Notes: generated from the letters alone by a model not told the origin. Positions 16,513 to 27,170 are shown, counted from the stretch's first letter. The stretch is DNA of 64,000 nucleotides from a virus (IMGVR_UViG_3300038393_000327:6683-70682), one strand, 5' to 3'. Made by a program: numbers and translations.

Positions 16513-17394
16513 ATGACCAAATATAAGAATGAAGACCGAATTGCCCAAGAAGAAGCCGAATTAGAGCGTCTTGAAGCTGATTACCGTAAACAATACGGTG
16601 AAAAATCAACTGAAGAAGGTAATTCACCTCCTGAACCCGTATCTGATGCGCAACTTCAAGAGGAAGAGACATGGAAGAAACGTCATAGTGACTTAAGAAG
16701 CTATACTCAACGTCAATTGAACGATAAAGACAAAGAAATTCTTGCTCTAAGAGAAGAAATTTCCAAAGCTGAGAAAGCTAATCGTCAACGAGACCTTCCA
16801 AAGAATAAAGAAGAGCTTGAAAATTGGGTTTCGGAGTATCCAGACCTAGCTAGAGTTCTCGGTACGATGATTGATACTCGTGCAGAGGCTCAAATTACTA
16901 ACGTTGCTGATGAAGTCCGGTCTGTTAAGATGGAATTAGAAGCAGAACGTACAGCAATGGCTAAGGAACGTGCTCTAAACGAAGTTCTCAAAGCTCATCC
17001 AGACTTTCTATCCCTAATCCAGACACAAGATTTCAAGGATTGGGTAGAGAAACAGCCTCTTCCTAAGTCAGAAGGCGGTAGAGGTAAGATCGGTCAGGCT
17101 ATTTATGAAGCCTTATGGGTAAATGAAACCGATCCAGAAGCTGCAATCCAAGCTGTAGATGTCTACAAGCAAGATAAAGCAGGATCACGCAGACCTTCTC
17201 CTGATAGGGAAGCTGCTCTTACAGTAAAAAAGACATCTTCGGGAACTCCTGCCTCTGATGGTGGGAAGAAAACTTGGAAAGAGTCCGAAATTGAAAACCT
17301 CCAATATTGGGAGTGGGACAAGTACGAGAAAGAAATCGAAGATGCAAGACGTGAAGGACGTATTATTTATGATCTTTCAGGAGCCGCTAGGTAA
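16513..17394 (+). CDS. capsid scaffolding protein
   Basis: acidic coiled coil, WKKRHSDLR, C-terminal ARREGRI..D; precedes the capsid gene. Confidence 0.85.
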   Translation: MTKYKNEDRIAQEEAELERLEADYRKQYGEKSTEEGNSPPEPVSDAQLQEEETWKKRHSDLRSYTQRQLNDKDKEILALREEISKAEKANRQRDLPKNKEELENWVSEYPDLARVLGTMIDTRAEAQITNVADEVRSVKMELEAERTAMAKERALNEVLKAHPDFLSLIQTQDFKDWVEKQPLPKSEGGRGKIGQAIYEALWVNETDPEAAIQAVDVYKQDKAGSRRPSPDREAALTVKKTSSGTPASDGGKKTWKESEIENLQYWEWDKYEKEIEDARREGRIIYDLSGAAR

Positions 17395-17567
17395 CTAGCC
17401 ACCTCTTGAGAGTCAAGATACTCTTCATAAGACAATAAATTACATAAAGAATACCTATTTGAAGTGACCTCTCTTTGGCCGGAGACACTCACAAGTAAAA
17501 TAGCCTCTCCCTATGTATTTAGTTGTGTTTAAACATCAAATTCAACCTAATACAAAGGAATACTTTT

Positions 17568-18626
17568 ATGGCATTTCAATCTGCTGCAGGCTATAATAAC
17601 CTGCCTAATGGTGTATTTTCACCAACTATCTACTCAAAGAAGGTTCAGAAACAGTTCCGTCGTACTGCAGTCGCAGAAGCGATCACTAATTCTGACTACT
17701 TCGGTGAAATCAAGAACTTTGGCGACTCTGTTAAGATCATCAAAGAGCCTGAAATCACAATCCAAGCCTATGCCCGTGGTACTCAACTAACTCCACAGGA
17801 CCTACAGGACAGTGACTTCTATCTAATCGTTGATCGTGCGAATTCATTCATCTTTCGCATTGACGATATCGAGAAGCAACAGTCACATGTCAACTGGATG
17901 GACCTAGCCTCTGATCGTGCAGCTTATGACATGTCCATGGTTTATGACCGTGACATTCTTGGCTACCTCTCAGGTTACGAGTATGATGAGTCTGCCGGTA
18001 CTTGGTCTGCTCGTTCAAGCGCTGTTGGCTCAAAGGCCGAAAGCACTGCGGACACAGACGAACTGCTTGGCATCCACAAGCTAACTCGTGCTTCTTTCGT
18101 CACTGGTGGTTCTTCATCAGAGTCAGTTGCACTAGGTGTGTCTGGCACTTATGACGTTACTCCTCTTCAAATCCTTAACCGTATGAACCGTCTTCTTGAC
18201 GTTCAGAACGTGCCAAAGGAAGGACGTTACGTTGTTCTTGACCCGATCTTCATCGAGAAGCTAATGGATGAGAATTCAAAGTTCATCAACAACGACTACA
18301 TGGCTAACCAGAATGCTGGTGGTCAGCTAACCAACGGTAAGCTAGTCCAGAACAAGATTCGTGGCTTCGAAATCTACGAGTCAAACAACCTTCCAGTTGT
18401 TGGTACTGGTCCTGGCACTATCGACAACAACGGTTCTTCAAGCAACTTCGGTGTTGTCCTAGCTGGTTGGAATGGTGCTGCTGCTACTGCACAGCAACTA
18501 GAGAAGACAGAGCACTATCGCGATCCATATTCCTTCGGTGATATCGTTCGTGGTATGCATCTTTACGGTCGTAAGATTCTCAAGCCACAGGGCCTCGTCC
18601 GCTGCTGGTACAATATCAACGCTTAA
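17568..18626 (+). CDS. major capsid protein
   Basis: MAFQSAAGYNNLPNGVFSPTIYSKKV...DIVRGMHLYGRKIL; AAAGGA SD; high-expression codon bias. Confidence 0.95.
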   Translation: MAFQSAAGYNNLPNGVFSPTIYSKKVQKQFRRTAVAEAITNSDYFGEIKNFGDSVKIIKEPEITIQAYARGTQLTPQDLQDSDFYLIVDRANSFIFRIDDIEKQQSHVNWMDLASDRAAYDMSMVYDRDILGYLSGYEYDESAGTWSARSSAVGSKAESTADTDELLGIHKLTRASFVTGGSSSESVALGVSGTYDVTPLQILNRMNRLLDVQNVPKEGRYVVLDPIFIEKLMDENSKFINNDYMANQNAGGQLTNGKLVQNKIRGFEIYESNNLPVVGTGPGTIDNNGSSSNFGVVLAGWNGAAATAQQLEKTEHYRDPYSFGDIVRGMHLYGRKILKPQGLVRCWYNINA

Positions 18627-18645
18627 TTAAAGGAGATATAATCTT

Positions 18646-19140
18646 ATGGCTACTGTTTCTCTTGCTGCCGCGTCAACTCGCGTCCAGCATCCTTCACGAG
18701 CTTCAAACGTCAAAGTGCCCTACCTCGTAGAATACGTCGTAGACCTTGCCACTGCAGCTACAGCTAAGGGTACTGCCCTTGCAGCCTCTGATGTGATCGA
18801 AGCAATTCGTATCCCAGCAGAAACTGTTGTGCTATTCGCTGGTTTTGAAATTGTAACTGCCGCTACTGGTGGTTCTTCAGACCAAGCAATTCTTCTAGGT
18901 GATGGTGGTGATCCAAATCGTTGGGTTGATACTTTTGACCTAGACGCTGCTACTGCTGGCGCTCATGGTACAATCGTTATTGCTACTGCTAACCCGACTG
19001 TGTTTGCTACTGCTGACACTATTGATATCACTATTTCTGCTGCTACCACAGTTGCTACCGCTGGTACAATTCGTGTTTATGCACAGATGGTCGATGTCAG
19101 TAATGCCAAGAAGCCCGGTCTTGCTGCTCTAGCATCTTAA
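18646..19140 (+). CDS. putative capsid decoration protein
   Basis: 164 aa Ala/Thr-rich, co-transcribed with the capsid gene ahead of a terminator. Confidence 0.65.
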   Translation: MATVSLAAASTRVQHPSRASNVKVPYLVEYVVDLATAATAKGTALAASDVIEAIRIPAETVVLFAGFEIVTAATGGSSDQAILLGDGGDPNRWVDTFDLDAATAGAHGTIVIATANPTVFATADTIDITISAATTVATAGTIRVYAQMVDVSNAKKPGLAALAS

Positions 19141-19148
19141 TAACTAAA

Positions 19149-19186
19149 GGCTCCGGGGGTGAGATATCTCCCGGAGTCTCTTTTTA
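19149..19186 (+). terminator. terminator after capsid genes
   Basis: GGCTCCGGG...CCCGGAGTC followed by TCTTTTT. Confidence 0.75.
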
Positions 19187-19201
19187 AGGAGAGGCTCTTT
19201 A

Positions 19202-19498
19202 ATGTCACAATTTACTCTTCGAACTACTGATCTCGTCAGTGTTACTACGGTTGCATCCTCTGCGTCTTCTGTTTCTCTTATTTCCGCAAATACCAAGAGA
19301 AAAGGTCTGACTATTCAAAATACAAGTACTGCAATCCTTTACGCTCTACTAGGTGGTGGTACAGCTACTGCTACGACTGCTCATTCTGTTCAAATTCCTT
19401 CAAATGGTTATTATGAAGTTCCTTATGGATTTACAGGGGCTGTCTCTGGTATTTGGGCTTCTGCAAATGGCTCAGCTAATATTACGGAGTTCCTATGA
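19202..19498 (+). CDS. small beta-rich virion protein
   Basis: 98 aa; RKGLTIQNTS..LY...G pattern common in phage structural proteins. Confidence 0.7.
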   Translation: MSQFTLRTTDLVSVTTVASSASSVSLISANTKRKGLTIQNTSTAILYALLGGGTATATTAHSVQIPSNGYYEVPYGFTGAVSGIWASANGSANITEFL

Positions 19499-20712
19499 TG
19501 TGGTCTAATCCCTATACCAGAACCCAAAATTCTATGAGTGTAGGGGTTGGTCAGAACGGTTTTAACTCTTTTACACCTTTTTCTTTATTTTCTAACGGCG
19601 AAGACGGTTTTCTTTATGATTTTAGCAAAACCGATCGACTTTTTCAAGACACTGCCGGTACAACTGCTGTAGCTCTAGACGCAGACCCAATCGGATTAGC
19701 GTTGGAAGGCCATGCATGGGGCGGCAAGACGCTGCCGCAGTTGATTGCGGGGCAGGCGGAGCTTAACCTCAATCCTGGACCGTTTGCCAATGCCATTGGT
19801 TATACCGCGTCATCCGGTACGCTTGCCATCGTAGGCGATGAGATCGAGCAGACCACTTCTGCCGCTGCCGCCAGCGTTGTTTCCATACCCGTGACGACAG
19901 TCGTTGGGCAGTTCTATGTCTTGCAATATGATGCACATCGAGGGTCTTCCTCGACCATAAGCATTCAGGCGGGCACAGCGGCTGCTGGCGGCGCAATCGC
20001 ATCAGCCACCATTTCGAGCGCAACGTCCGTTACCGGGCAGATCATCTTCAAGGCGACGACCACTACCACCTACCTCCAGATGGTGAATAACCAAGCGGTG
20101 GCGGGCAGGACTGGATACGTTCGCCAACTCTCCTGCAAGGCCATCCCCGGCAACCACGGCCTGCAAGCCACCAACCCGGCTCGCCCACTCTGGAAGACGC
20201 CGAACTTCGCCCGGTTTGACGGCTCTGATGACACCACTGTCACCGGTATTAGTCCTCCGTCAGCTACGGCCGGCTTTCTCGGAGCCCGTATTTATCAGGC
20301 GGCGGGAAATAGCAACAAGGTCATCATGGGAGCCCGCACTAGCAGTGGCGTGGGGTCAGCGTGGTTCAATATTCGGTCTGACGGAGGTAACGCAGGCTTG
20401 CTCGGTGGGATTGTTGGTGATGGCGACGCTCTTGCGGTCAAGGGGAACACTATTGTCACGGGGCGGTGGGTCAATGTTGGTCTTGGATGGTCGGGGGGAA
20501 CCTATCGTTTTTATACCAACGGCGTTGTCGATAGCCCTAACTACGCCATCACGGGTTCTGTGACATCGGCTAAGACCGCCCTAGGGTCTCTGAATGTCAA
20601 CGGAGCCCCGACTGGATTTGACGCGCTCGACATGGCCGCAGCAATTCAGATTAACCGAGAGCCCTCCCCGGCAGAAATACTGGCCCTCTCCAACTATTGG
20701 AACGCACAATGA
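19495..20712 (+). CDS. fibre/receptor-binding protein with carbohydrate-binding and LamG-like domains
   Basis: 405 aa; GC-rich from about 19700; GNHGLQAT...FDGSDD then a concanavalin-like C-terminus. Confidence 0.7.
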   Translation: MMWSNPYTRTQNSMSVGVGQNGFNSFTPFSLFSNGEDGFLYDFSKTDRLFQDTAGTTAVALDADPIGLALEGHAWGGKTLPQLIAGQAELNLNPGPFANAIGYTASSGTLAIVGDEIEQTTSAAAASVVSIPVTTVVGQFYVLQYDAHRGSSSTISIQAGTAAAGGAIASATISSATSVTGQIIFKATTTTTYLQMVNNQAVAGRTGYVRQLSCKAIPGNHGLQATNPARPLWKTPNFARFDGSDDTTVTGISPPSATAGFLGARIYQAAGNSNKVIMGARTSSGVGSAWFNIRSDGGNAGLLGGIVGDGDALAVKGNTIVTGRWVNVGLGWSGGTYRFYTNGVVDSPNYAITGSVTSAKTALGSLNVNGAPTGFDALDMAAAIQINREPSPAEILALSNYWNAQ

Positions 20713-21143
20713 GCAACCTTCCTTGCATCATGATCGCCAAGGCTGCGGTCAAGGACAACGTCAACCTCGTGCTGGAGGCGCAGGGACGTGGCCCCGGACG
20801 GTTCTGGATGCAAATGCGGACAAATGGGCAGCTTGGCGGCGGTGTAGGAAATCAAAATAGCGTCGTAATAGTTGGCGGGACATCGAACGCCGGCCTAGTT
20901 ACGACCGGAGTTCTTACATTCGACGGGGCTAACGTCGTTCTTTATAGGAATGGGGTTAGTGTTTATTCGGGGGCACAATCCGGTGTGCCGGACACTACAA
21001 CCCCACTAGCGCTCGGTGGATTGAACAACAACGGCACAGTGGGTTTTTTCGCACCCGCGGACATGTTCAACGCTCTCGCCATCAACCGCGCCCTCACCCC
21101 CGCCGAAATCGTCAACCTCACCAACTCATGGGGAACCACATGA
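20709..21143 (+). CDS. chimeric ORF: 30 codons of the 21159 protein fused to an alternative LamG-like C-terminus
   Basis: first 30 aa identical to 21159..21572; remainder homologous to the C-terminus of 19495..20712. Confidence 0.65.
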   Translation: MSNLPCIMIAKAAVKDNVNLVLEAQGRGPGRFWMQMRTNGQLGGGVGNQNSVVIVGGTSNAGLVTTGVLTFDGANVVLYRNGVSVYSGAQSGVPDTTTPLALGGLNNNGTVGFFAPADMFNALAINRALTPAEIVNLTNSWGTT

Positions 21144-21158
21144 ATATAGGAGAACTAA

Positions 21159-21572
21159 ATGAGTAATCTTCCTTGTATTATGATTGCTAAAGCAGCAGTC
21201 AAAGATAACGTAAATCTTGTTCTCGAAGCTCAAGGTCGAGGACCAGGCAACCTCTCACGCAAGATGTGCGCCATCGATCCCAACGCTACATGGGAAACCC
21301 CTGCCACACACTACATGATGCAGGACATGTCAGCTACAGATACTTTGGTCGCTGAATGGCAAGCTCTGTGTAATGGTGATCTTCCAGCTATAGAAGGTCA
21401 ATGGGGTGAAGATGGGATTATTTCTAGTCTTGATGCTCAAACAGCTTGTTCTAATGGCAACATGCAAGTCTATTCTGCAGCGGGTCTAGTTTCACTTGAA
21501 GACTCCACAGAATGGAGAGACGGTACATTTGTTGGAGTCGGGTTGCAATTTGTTCCTGATCCACCTCTATAA
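21159..21572 (+). CDS. putative fibre assembly/partner protein
   Basis: 137 aa, AGGAG SD. Confidence 0.7.
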   Translation: MSNLPCIMIAKAAVKDNVNLVLEAQGRGPGNLSRKMCAIDPNATWETPATHYMMQDMSATDTLVAEWQALCNGDLPAIEGQWGEDGIISSLDAQTACSNGNMQVYSAAGLVSLEDSTEWRDGTFVGVGLQFVPDPPL

Positions 21573-21581
21573 GGAGATAAC

Positions 21582-22013
21582 ATGTCTGCTACTAATACAA
21601 CCGAAGACAACATTCTTAAGTTGATCTTCAATGCTACTGCATGGGGTAATATCGCAGATAATACTGCTACTTCTCCTGCGACAAATCTTTATATTTCACT
21701 TCATACTGCTGATCCAGGTGAGACTGGTTCTCAGACAACTTCAGAGAGTGCCTACACTTCTTATGCTAGAGTTGCTGTTGCTAGGACATCTGGTGGTTTC
21801 ACGATCTCTAATCCTAATGTGACTAATGCTGCTGCAGTGACTTTTCCAGCTTGTACTGGTGGCTCTAGTACTGTTACTCACTTTGGTATTGGACTAGCAT
21901 CTTCTGGTGCTGGCACTCTTCTATTCTCAGGTGCACTAACTGCTTCTCTTGCTGTCTCTAATGGTATCACACCTCAATTCGCTATTGGACAACTTTCTGT
22001 AACTGCTGACTAA
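21582..22013 (+). CDS. virion structural protein
   Basis: LYISLHTADPG...YARVAV...AVTFP...THFGI pattern. Confidence 0.75.
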   Translation: MSATNTTEDNILKLIFNATAWGNIADNTATSPATNLYISLHTADPGETGSQTTSESAYTSYARVAVARTSGGFTISNPNVTNAAAVTFPACTGGSSTVTHFGIGLASSGAGTLLFSGALTASLAVSNGITPQFAIGQLSVTAD

Positions 22014-22024
22014 GGAGTAACTCT

Positions 22025-23233
22025 ATGACTTCTCCCTCTGTTGTTCAAAGATTGTCGGGAGCAGCTTCTGCTAGAGCTACGACTTTTACTGCAACTTTTT
22101 CTGCAGCAACAGCAGGAAATCTCTTGGTTCTGGAAATGAATCTTGAGACAAATAACTCTGGTCCTGCCGGACCCCCTTCTGGTTGGACAACAGGTATCCT
22201 AAATACTACCGATGGTCAAAATAACACTTCTATTTTCTACAAGATAGCTGCGGGTGGTGAAACTAGTGTTAGTCCTACATTCGGTAATAATACATGGACT
22301 TGGGTATTTAGAGAGATCAGTGGTGGTACTGCGATAACGTTTGGTACTTCTGCAACTGGTACTTCTGCAAATCCTGATCCTCCTTCTGTTACTGGTGCTG
22401 CGACAAATGATTATCTTTGGATTGCTGGTTCTGGATATAAGACAACAACTACTAGTTCTTATTCTTCTGGTTATTCAAATGGGCTTACTGCTTCATCCAC
22501 AGGAAATCTTGTTCGTCTTGCTAGTGCAGAGAAACAATCAAATGGAATTTCAGAAGATGCTGGAACTCTAACACTTGGAGCATCTGCTAACTGGATTGCT
22601 TTTTCTTATGGAATTCAATCTCTTTATTCTAATATCGTTGGTTCTAGCACTCTAACCTTTAGTCAATCCGGCACAGCCAAGGGCAATACTGCTTTAATAG
22701 CATCTAGTACTCTAACATTCTCACAATCTGCAGTCATAAAAGGTAATACCTCTCTTGTTGCATCTAGCTCTCTGACGTTTAGTCAAACCGGAACAATCAA
22801 AGGCAATACTGCTTTAGTTGGTTCTAGTAGTCTGACATTTACAAACACTTCTACACTCAAAGGAACTGGTTTAGTAATAGCGTCTAGTACTTTGACATTT
22901 AGTCCAAGTGCAGTGATTAGTAGTCTCGCCTCTATTATCGGCTCAAGCACTTTGACATTCAGTGCGACTGGTACTGGTAGATTTGTAGCTCTTTTAGTTG
23001 GAAATACCACTCTTAATTTTGCAACGACTGGAATTCTTGTCGGAACAGCCTCTATTAGTGGTTCTATAACATATGTATTCGATGTCAATGGGTCTTTAGT
23101 TTTTATTAGATCACCTTATGAATTTGATGTCAGTGATCCTTCTGGTCCAATTTACGACACCAGTGATACAGAAGGAAATCTTTATGAAATAACAACTGGT
23201 GACGGATATGGTATAATTTATGAAGAGGATTAA
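22025..23233 (+). CDS. fibre-like virion protein with ~21-aa repeats
   Basis: about 7 copies of (L)xxSSTLTFSxSGTxKG. Confidence 0.7.
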   Translation: MTSPSVVQRLSGAASARATTFTATFSAATAGNLLVLEMNLETNNSGPAGPPSGWTTGILNTTDGQNNTSIFYKIAAGGETSVSPTFGNNTWTWVFREISGGTAITFGTSATGTSANPDPPSVTGAATNDYLWIAGSGYKTTTTSSYSSGYSNGLTASSTGNLVRLASAEKQSNGISEDAGTLTLGASANWIAFSYGIQSLYSNIVGSSTLTFSQSGTAKGNTALIASSTLTFSQSAVIKGNTSLVASSSLTFSQTGTIKGNTALVGSSSLTFTNTSTLKGTGLVIASSTLTFSPSAVISSLASIIGSSTLTFSATGTGRFVALLVGNTTLNFATTGILVGTASISGSITYVFDVNGSLVFIRSPYEFDVSDPSGPIYDTSDTEGNLYEITTGDGYGIIYEED

Positions 23234-23235
23234 CA

Positions 23236-23973
23236 ATGCCTAGTACCTATATGGATTTGACTAATCGTCTTCTGAGACGTATTAACGATGTTGAAATTTC
23301 AGAGTCTGATTTTCTTTCTGTGAGAGGAATTCAAGCTGTAGCTAAAGATTGTGTTCTGGATACAATACGAGAAATTAATTCCTCTCGTATTGACTGGCCC
23401 TTTAATGCAGTAGAACATTCTCAATCTCTCGTGGCTGGCACAGAAGAATACGCTTGGCCATTACAATTTACTGCTGCTGATTGGGACTCTTTTCAAATTC
23501 AAAAAGATGACGATTTAAATGTTAATCATACTCAACTAACTGCGATCTCAAGGGAAGAATGGTATCATAATTATCGTGATATGGATTATGACTCAGAGTC
23601 CCTTGGACGTGGCGTCCCTACTTTTGTATTTCCATCACACGGTCAAGGTTGGGGTGTTACTCCAAGTCCTAACCAAGCTTATGCAATTAAATACAGGTAC
23701 TATAAAAATCCAGATGATCTAGTGGATTTTGACGATGAGACAACGATACCTAGTAAATTCGACTATGTAATTCTCGCTGGTTCTCTACAACATATGAATT
23801 TATTCAAAGAAAATCCAAATGGTGTTGCTATAGCACAAAAGAAATTCAAAGATGGTGTATCAGATATGGTTAATCTTTATCTTCCTAATCCGATTTATGC
23901 TTATGACACTAGAGTTAATTTTGGTGGTGGTGTTCCAGGTGGAGGTTATCTCTTTTATAAAGGTGGACTCTAA
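23236..23973 (+). CDS. tail adaptor (tubular protein A-like)
   Basis: 245 aa, precedes the nozzle gene; WPF...L..G..EY..P pattern. Confidence 0.75.
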   Translation: MPSTYMDLTNRLLRRINDVEISESDFLSVRGIQAVAKDCVLDTIREINSSRIDWPFNAVEHSQSLVAGTEEYAWPLQFTAADWDSFQIQKDDDLNVNHTQLTAISREEWYHNYRDMDYDSESLGRGVPTFVFPSHGQGWGVTPSPNQAYAIKYRYYKNPDDLVDFDDETTIPSKFDYVILAGSLQHMNLFKENPNGVAIAQKKFKDGVSDMVNLYLPNPIYAYDTRVNFGGGVPGGGYLFYKGGL

Positions 23974-25539
23974 ATGGCTAACATGGAAGGTTTTCAATCC
24001 TACAAACTCATTTGTGAAGGTGGATTAAATTCTAATAAAAACTACCTCGATCTGTCTGAAAGAACTCCTGGTGCAGCGATCATTTTGCAGAATTTCGAGT
24101 CCTCATTGTATGGTGGATATCGTAGAATTGATGGATTTGAAGCTCTAGAACCATTAGCGCCTGAAGTTGATCCGACGAATGCAGAAGGTGCCATCCTAGG
24201 TCTAAAGATTTTCGTTGATGATATCATAGCAGCAAGAAAACAGCAGTCTGGGAATACTTATAATTTCTATAAATGGCAATCCGGTAGTTCTTGGAATGCT
24301 TACACTACAGGTTTGACTCTTTCGACTGTCAATCTCGATAAAATTAGAGCTGATGTTTTCAATTTCGACGGTACAAATAAGATTGTATTTGTCGATGGAG
24401 TAAACGGAGTTATCGTATTTGATGGTGCTTCTTGGACTCAACCGACAGGTGATCAGTCAATCAATGCCCCTAAATATGTCACGATTTTCAAGAACACTGT
24501 TTTTGTTTCTGGCGATGCAACTCACCCTGAATTAGTAGTTTATTCTAAACCTCTAGACGAAAGTGATTGGGACGTTGCTTCCGGTGCAGGACAAATCAAT
24601 GCCGGTTTCGTCGTGAAACAAATTCTCCCATTCCGTGATGAACTTTATGTCTTCGGAGAGACACAAATCAAGAAGATTGTCATAGATGGAACAGATTTTG
24701 TTATCCAAGATGTAACTAAAAATATTGGTCTCGTTGCTTCTGACAGCGTTCAGGAAATCAACGGTGATCTCTTGTTTCTTTCCCAAGATGGTTTTAGAAC
24801 TATTGCTGGTACTAATCGTATCGGTGACGTTGAAATTGCTGTACAAAGCAAAAATATTCAACAAGATGTCATTGATTTGATCTTGAATGCCGATTTACCT
24901 AGTGTGAATACAGTTATTGTAAGACGTAAGTCCCAGATCAGGTGTTTTTTCTCTGACGAATCACTCGATGTCAACAAAAATAATGGTATTTTAGGTAGTT
25001 TGAGAGGGGGTGACAACGGTATTTCATGGGAATGGAGTCGTCTAAAAGGTATTAGGACATCTATTTGTACTTCTGGATACGTTGGAACTCAAGAGTATGT
25101 TCTTCATGGAGATTTTAACGGTAAAGTCTATCGACAAGAAAGTGGACATTCTTTTGATGGAGAACCAATCACTGCTATTTATACTACTCCTTATCTAGAT
25201 TTTGGAGAGAGTATGGTCAGAAAAACTATCCATCGGATCAATATCTTCATCAGACCAGAGGGAGAACTATCTATTAATGCTGCTCTCCAATATGATTGGG
25301 GCTCTAGAAAAGTCACAAATCCTTCTACATACGTGATTGAAGGTTCTGTTACAGGTGATTTGTATGGTTCTGCTATCTATGGTACATCTCATTATGCAAC
25401 TAGTGTAGAACCAATGCTCTGGCAAAATATTGAAGGTTCTGGTTTTTCTAATAAAATCACATTCAGTTCATCTGACACAAATGAAAGTTATTCAATTCAA
25501 GGCATCGTTTATGAGTATGCCGTTAACGGGAGAAAATAA
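23974..25539 (+). CDS. tail nozzle (tubular protein B-like)
   Basis: 521 aa, GGLN start, beta-propeller-like, follows the adaptor. Confidence 0.75.
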   Translation: MANMEGFQSYKLICEGGLNSNKNYLDLSERTPGAAIILQNFESSLYGGYRRIDGFEALEPLAPEVDPTNAEGAILGLKIFVDDIIAARKQQSGNTYNFYKWQSGSSWNAYTTGLTLSTVNLDKIRADVFNFDGTNKIVFVDGVNGVIVFDGASWTQPTGDQSINAPKYVTIFKNTVFVSGDATHPELVVYSKPLDESDWDVASGAGQINAGFVVKQILPFRDELYVFGETQIKKIVIDGTDFVIQDVTKNIGLVASDSVQEINGDLLFLSQDGFRTIAGTNRIGDVEIAVQSKNIQQDVIDLILNADLPSVNTVIVRRKSQIRCFFSDESLDVNKNNGILGSLRGGDNGISWEWSRLKGIRTSICTSGYVGTQEYVLHGDFNGKVYRQESGHSFDGEPITAIYTTPYLDFGESMVRKTIHRINIFIRPEGELSINAALQYDWGSRKVTNPSTYVIEGSVTGDLYGSAIYGTSHYATSVEPMLWQNIEGSGFSNKITFSSSDTNESYSIQGIVYEYAVNGRK

Positions 25540-27170
25540 TGGGTACAGGATATACTCGACAATCTGATGCTGAAATCGATGATGGACTTACTGTTGAAGC
25601 TGTCGATCTAGATAATGAATTCGATGCAATTCAATCAGCTTTCAACGGGACTACAGGTCATTCTCACGACGGAACAAGCGGTGAGGGCCCAAAGATTTCT
25701 CTAACCACTAGTATTACTGGTATCCTTCCTATTGCTAATGGTGGTGTCGGGGGTCTCAACAGTGTTACTACCTCTGATCCTACTGTTAATGATGATAGTA
25801 ATGATGGGTACGTAGTTGGCTCTCAATGGGTCAACACCACAGGGGATAAATTCTTTATCTGTGTTGATAACACTGTGGGAGCAGCAGTTTGGCAACGATA
25901 TCAACTCTATGATGTTGATCTAGAGGCTATCGCTGCTCTTTCTAGTGCTGCTGATAAAGTACTTTATGCTACTGGTTCAGGTACATGGGCTCTCGCAACT
26001 CAAACTTCATTCGCAAGGACATTGATTGATGACGCAGACGCAGCCGCAGCCAGAACAACCCTCGGTCTTGTTATTGGAACAAACGTCCAAGCATACGATG
26101 CCGAACTCAATGCACTCGCAGGTCTTACCTCAGCAGCGGATAAAGTTCCTTATTTCACAGGTTCCGGAACAGCAGATGTCACGAGTTTTACCTCCTTTGC
26201 AAGAACCCTTGTGGATGATGCAGATGCTTCTACAGCGTTAAGTACCCTCGGCTTCACAACTTTCACTAAAACTCTCGTAGATGACGTAGATGCTGCAACT
26301 GCTAGGGCTACTCTTGGTGTGACTATTGGCACCAACGTACAAGCTTATGATGCAACTCTTGCTGCTCTAGCTGCATTCAATACCAATGGTATTTTAGTTC
26401 AAACTGCTGCTGATACTTTCACAGGCAGAACACTAACTGGAACTGCCAACGAAATCACTGTCACTAATGGTGATGGTGTTTCAGGTAATCCTACTTTAAG
26501 TCTTCCTTCTGCGTTGACTTTCACTGGTAAAACGATTACAGGTGGCACTTATGCATCTTTTAGTTCTAGTTCTGTTACAATCACTGGTGGTAGTATCACA
26601 GGTATTACTGATCTAGCAATTGCAGATGGAGGTACTGGTGCTTCTGATGCGGCTACTGCTTTTGGAAATCTAAAACAATCTGCCACAACTTCAGCTACTG
26701 GTGTTGTAGAATTAGCGACTGATGCAGAGACTCAAACAGGTACAGATACTGTGAGAGCTATCACTCCTTCTAATCTAACTGCAAAAGAAGCCACTACCAC
26801 TGATTATAGAGCCAACAACGCAGATCGTATCCTTACAACTGATATTGTATGGTCTTCAGCAGCCGAAGTAACTCTAACTGATGCTGCAACTATCGCTGTT
26901 GATATGAATACATTCATTAATGCTGCAGTGACTCTTGGTGGTAATAGAACTCTTGGTTCCCCCACTAATGAAAAAGTCGGACAGTCAGGGTATATTAGAA
27001 TTATACAAGATGGTACAGGATCAAGAACTTTGGCTTATGGTTCAGATTGGAAATTCGCTGGAGGAACTGCTCCTGTTTTAACCACGACTGCAGGTGCCGT
27101 AGATTATCTTTTTTATTTCGTTTCTGCAAGTAATTTCATTTTCGGTAACTTAGTAAAGGATATCAAATGA
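25539..27170 (+). CDS. tail fibre
   Basis: N-terminal anchor EFDAIQSAFNGTTGHSHDG; internal ARTTLG/GTNVQAYD repeats. Confidence 0.85.
   Translation: MGTGYTRQSDAEIDDGLTVEAVDLDNEFDAIQSAFNGTTGHSHDGTSGEGPKISLTTSITGILPIANGGVGGLNSVTTSDPTVNDDSNDGYVVGSQWVNTTGDKFFICVDNTVGAAVWQRYQLYDVDLEAIAALSSAADKVLYATGSGTWALATQTSFARTLIDDADAAAARTTLGLVIGTNVQAYDAELNALAGLTSAADKVPYFTGSGTADVTSFTSFARTLVDDADASTALSTLGFTTFTKTLVDDVDAATARATLGVTIGTNVQAYDATLAALAAFNTNGILVQTAADTFTGRTLTGTANEITVTNGDGVSGNPTLSLPSALTFTGKTITGGTYASFSSSSVTITGGSITGITDLAIADGGTGASDAATAFGNLKQSATTSATGVVELATDAETQTGTDTVRAITPSNLTAKEATTTDYRANNADRILTTDIVWSSAAEVTLTDAATIAVDMNTFINAAVTLGGNRTLGSPTNEKVGQSGYIRIIQDGTGSRTLAYGSDWKFAGGTAPVLTTTAGAVDYLFYFVSASNFIFGNLVKDIK

Noticed and set aside
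19495-21572. Diversity-generating retroelement acting on the fibre
   Set aside because: No reverse transcriptase in the window; differences between the repeats are synonymous third-position changes, not adenine-specific substitutions.
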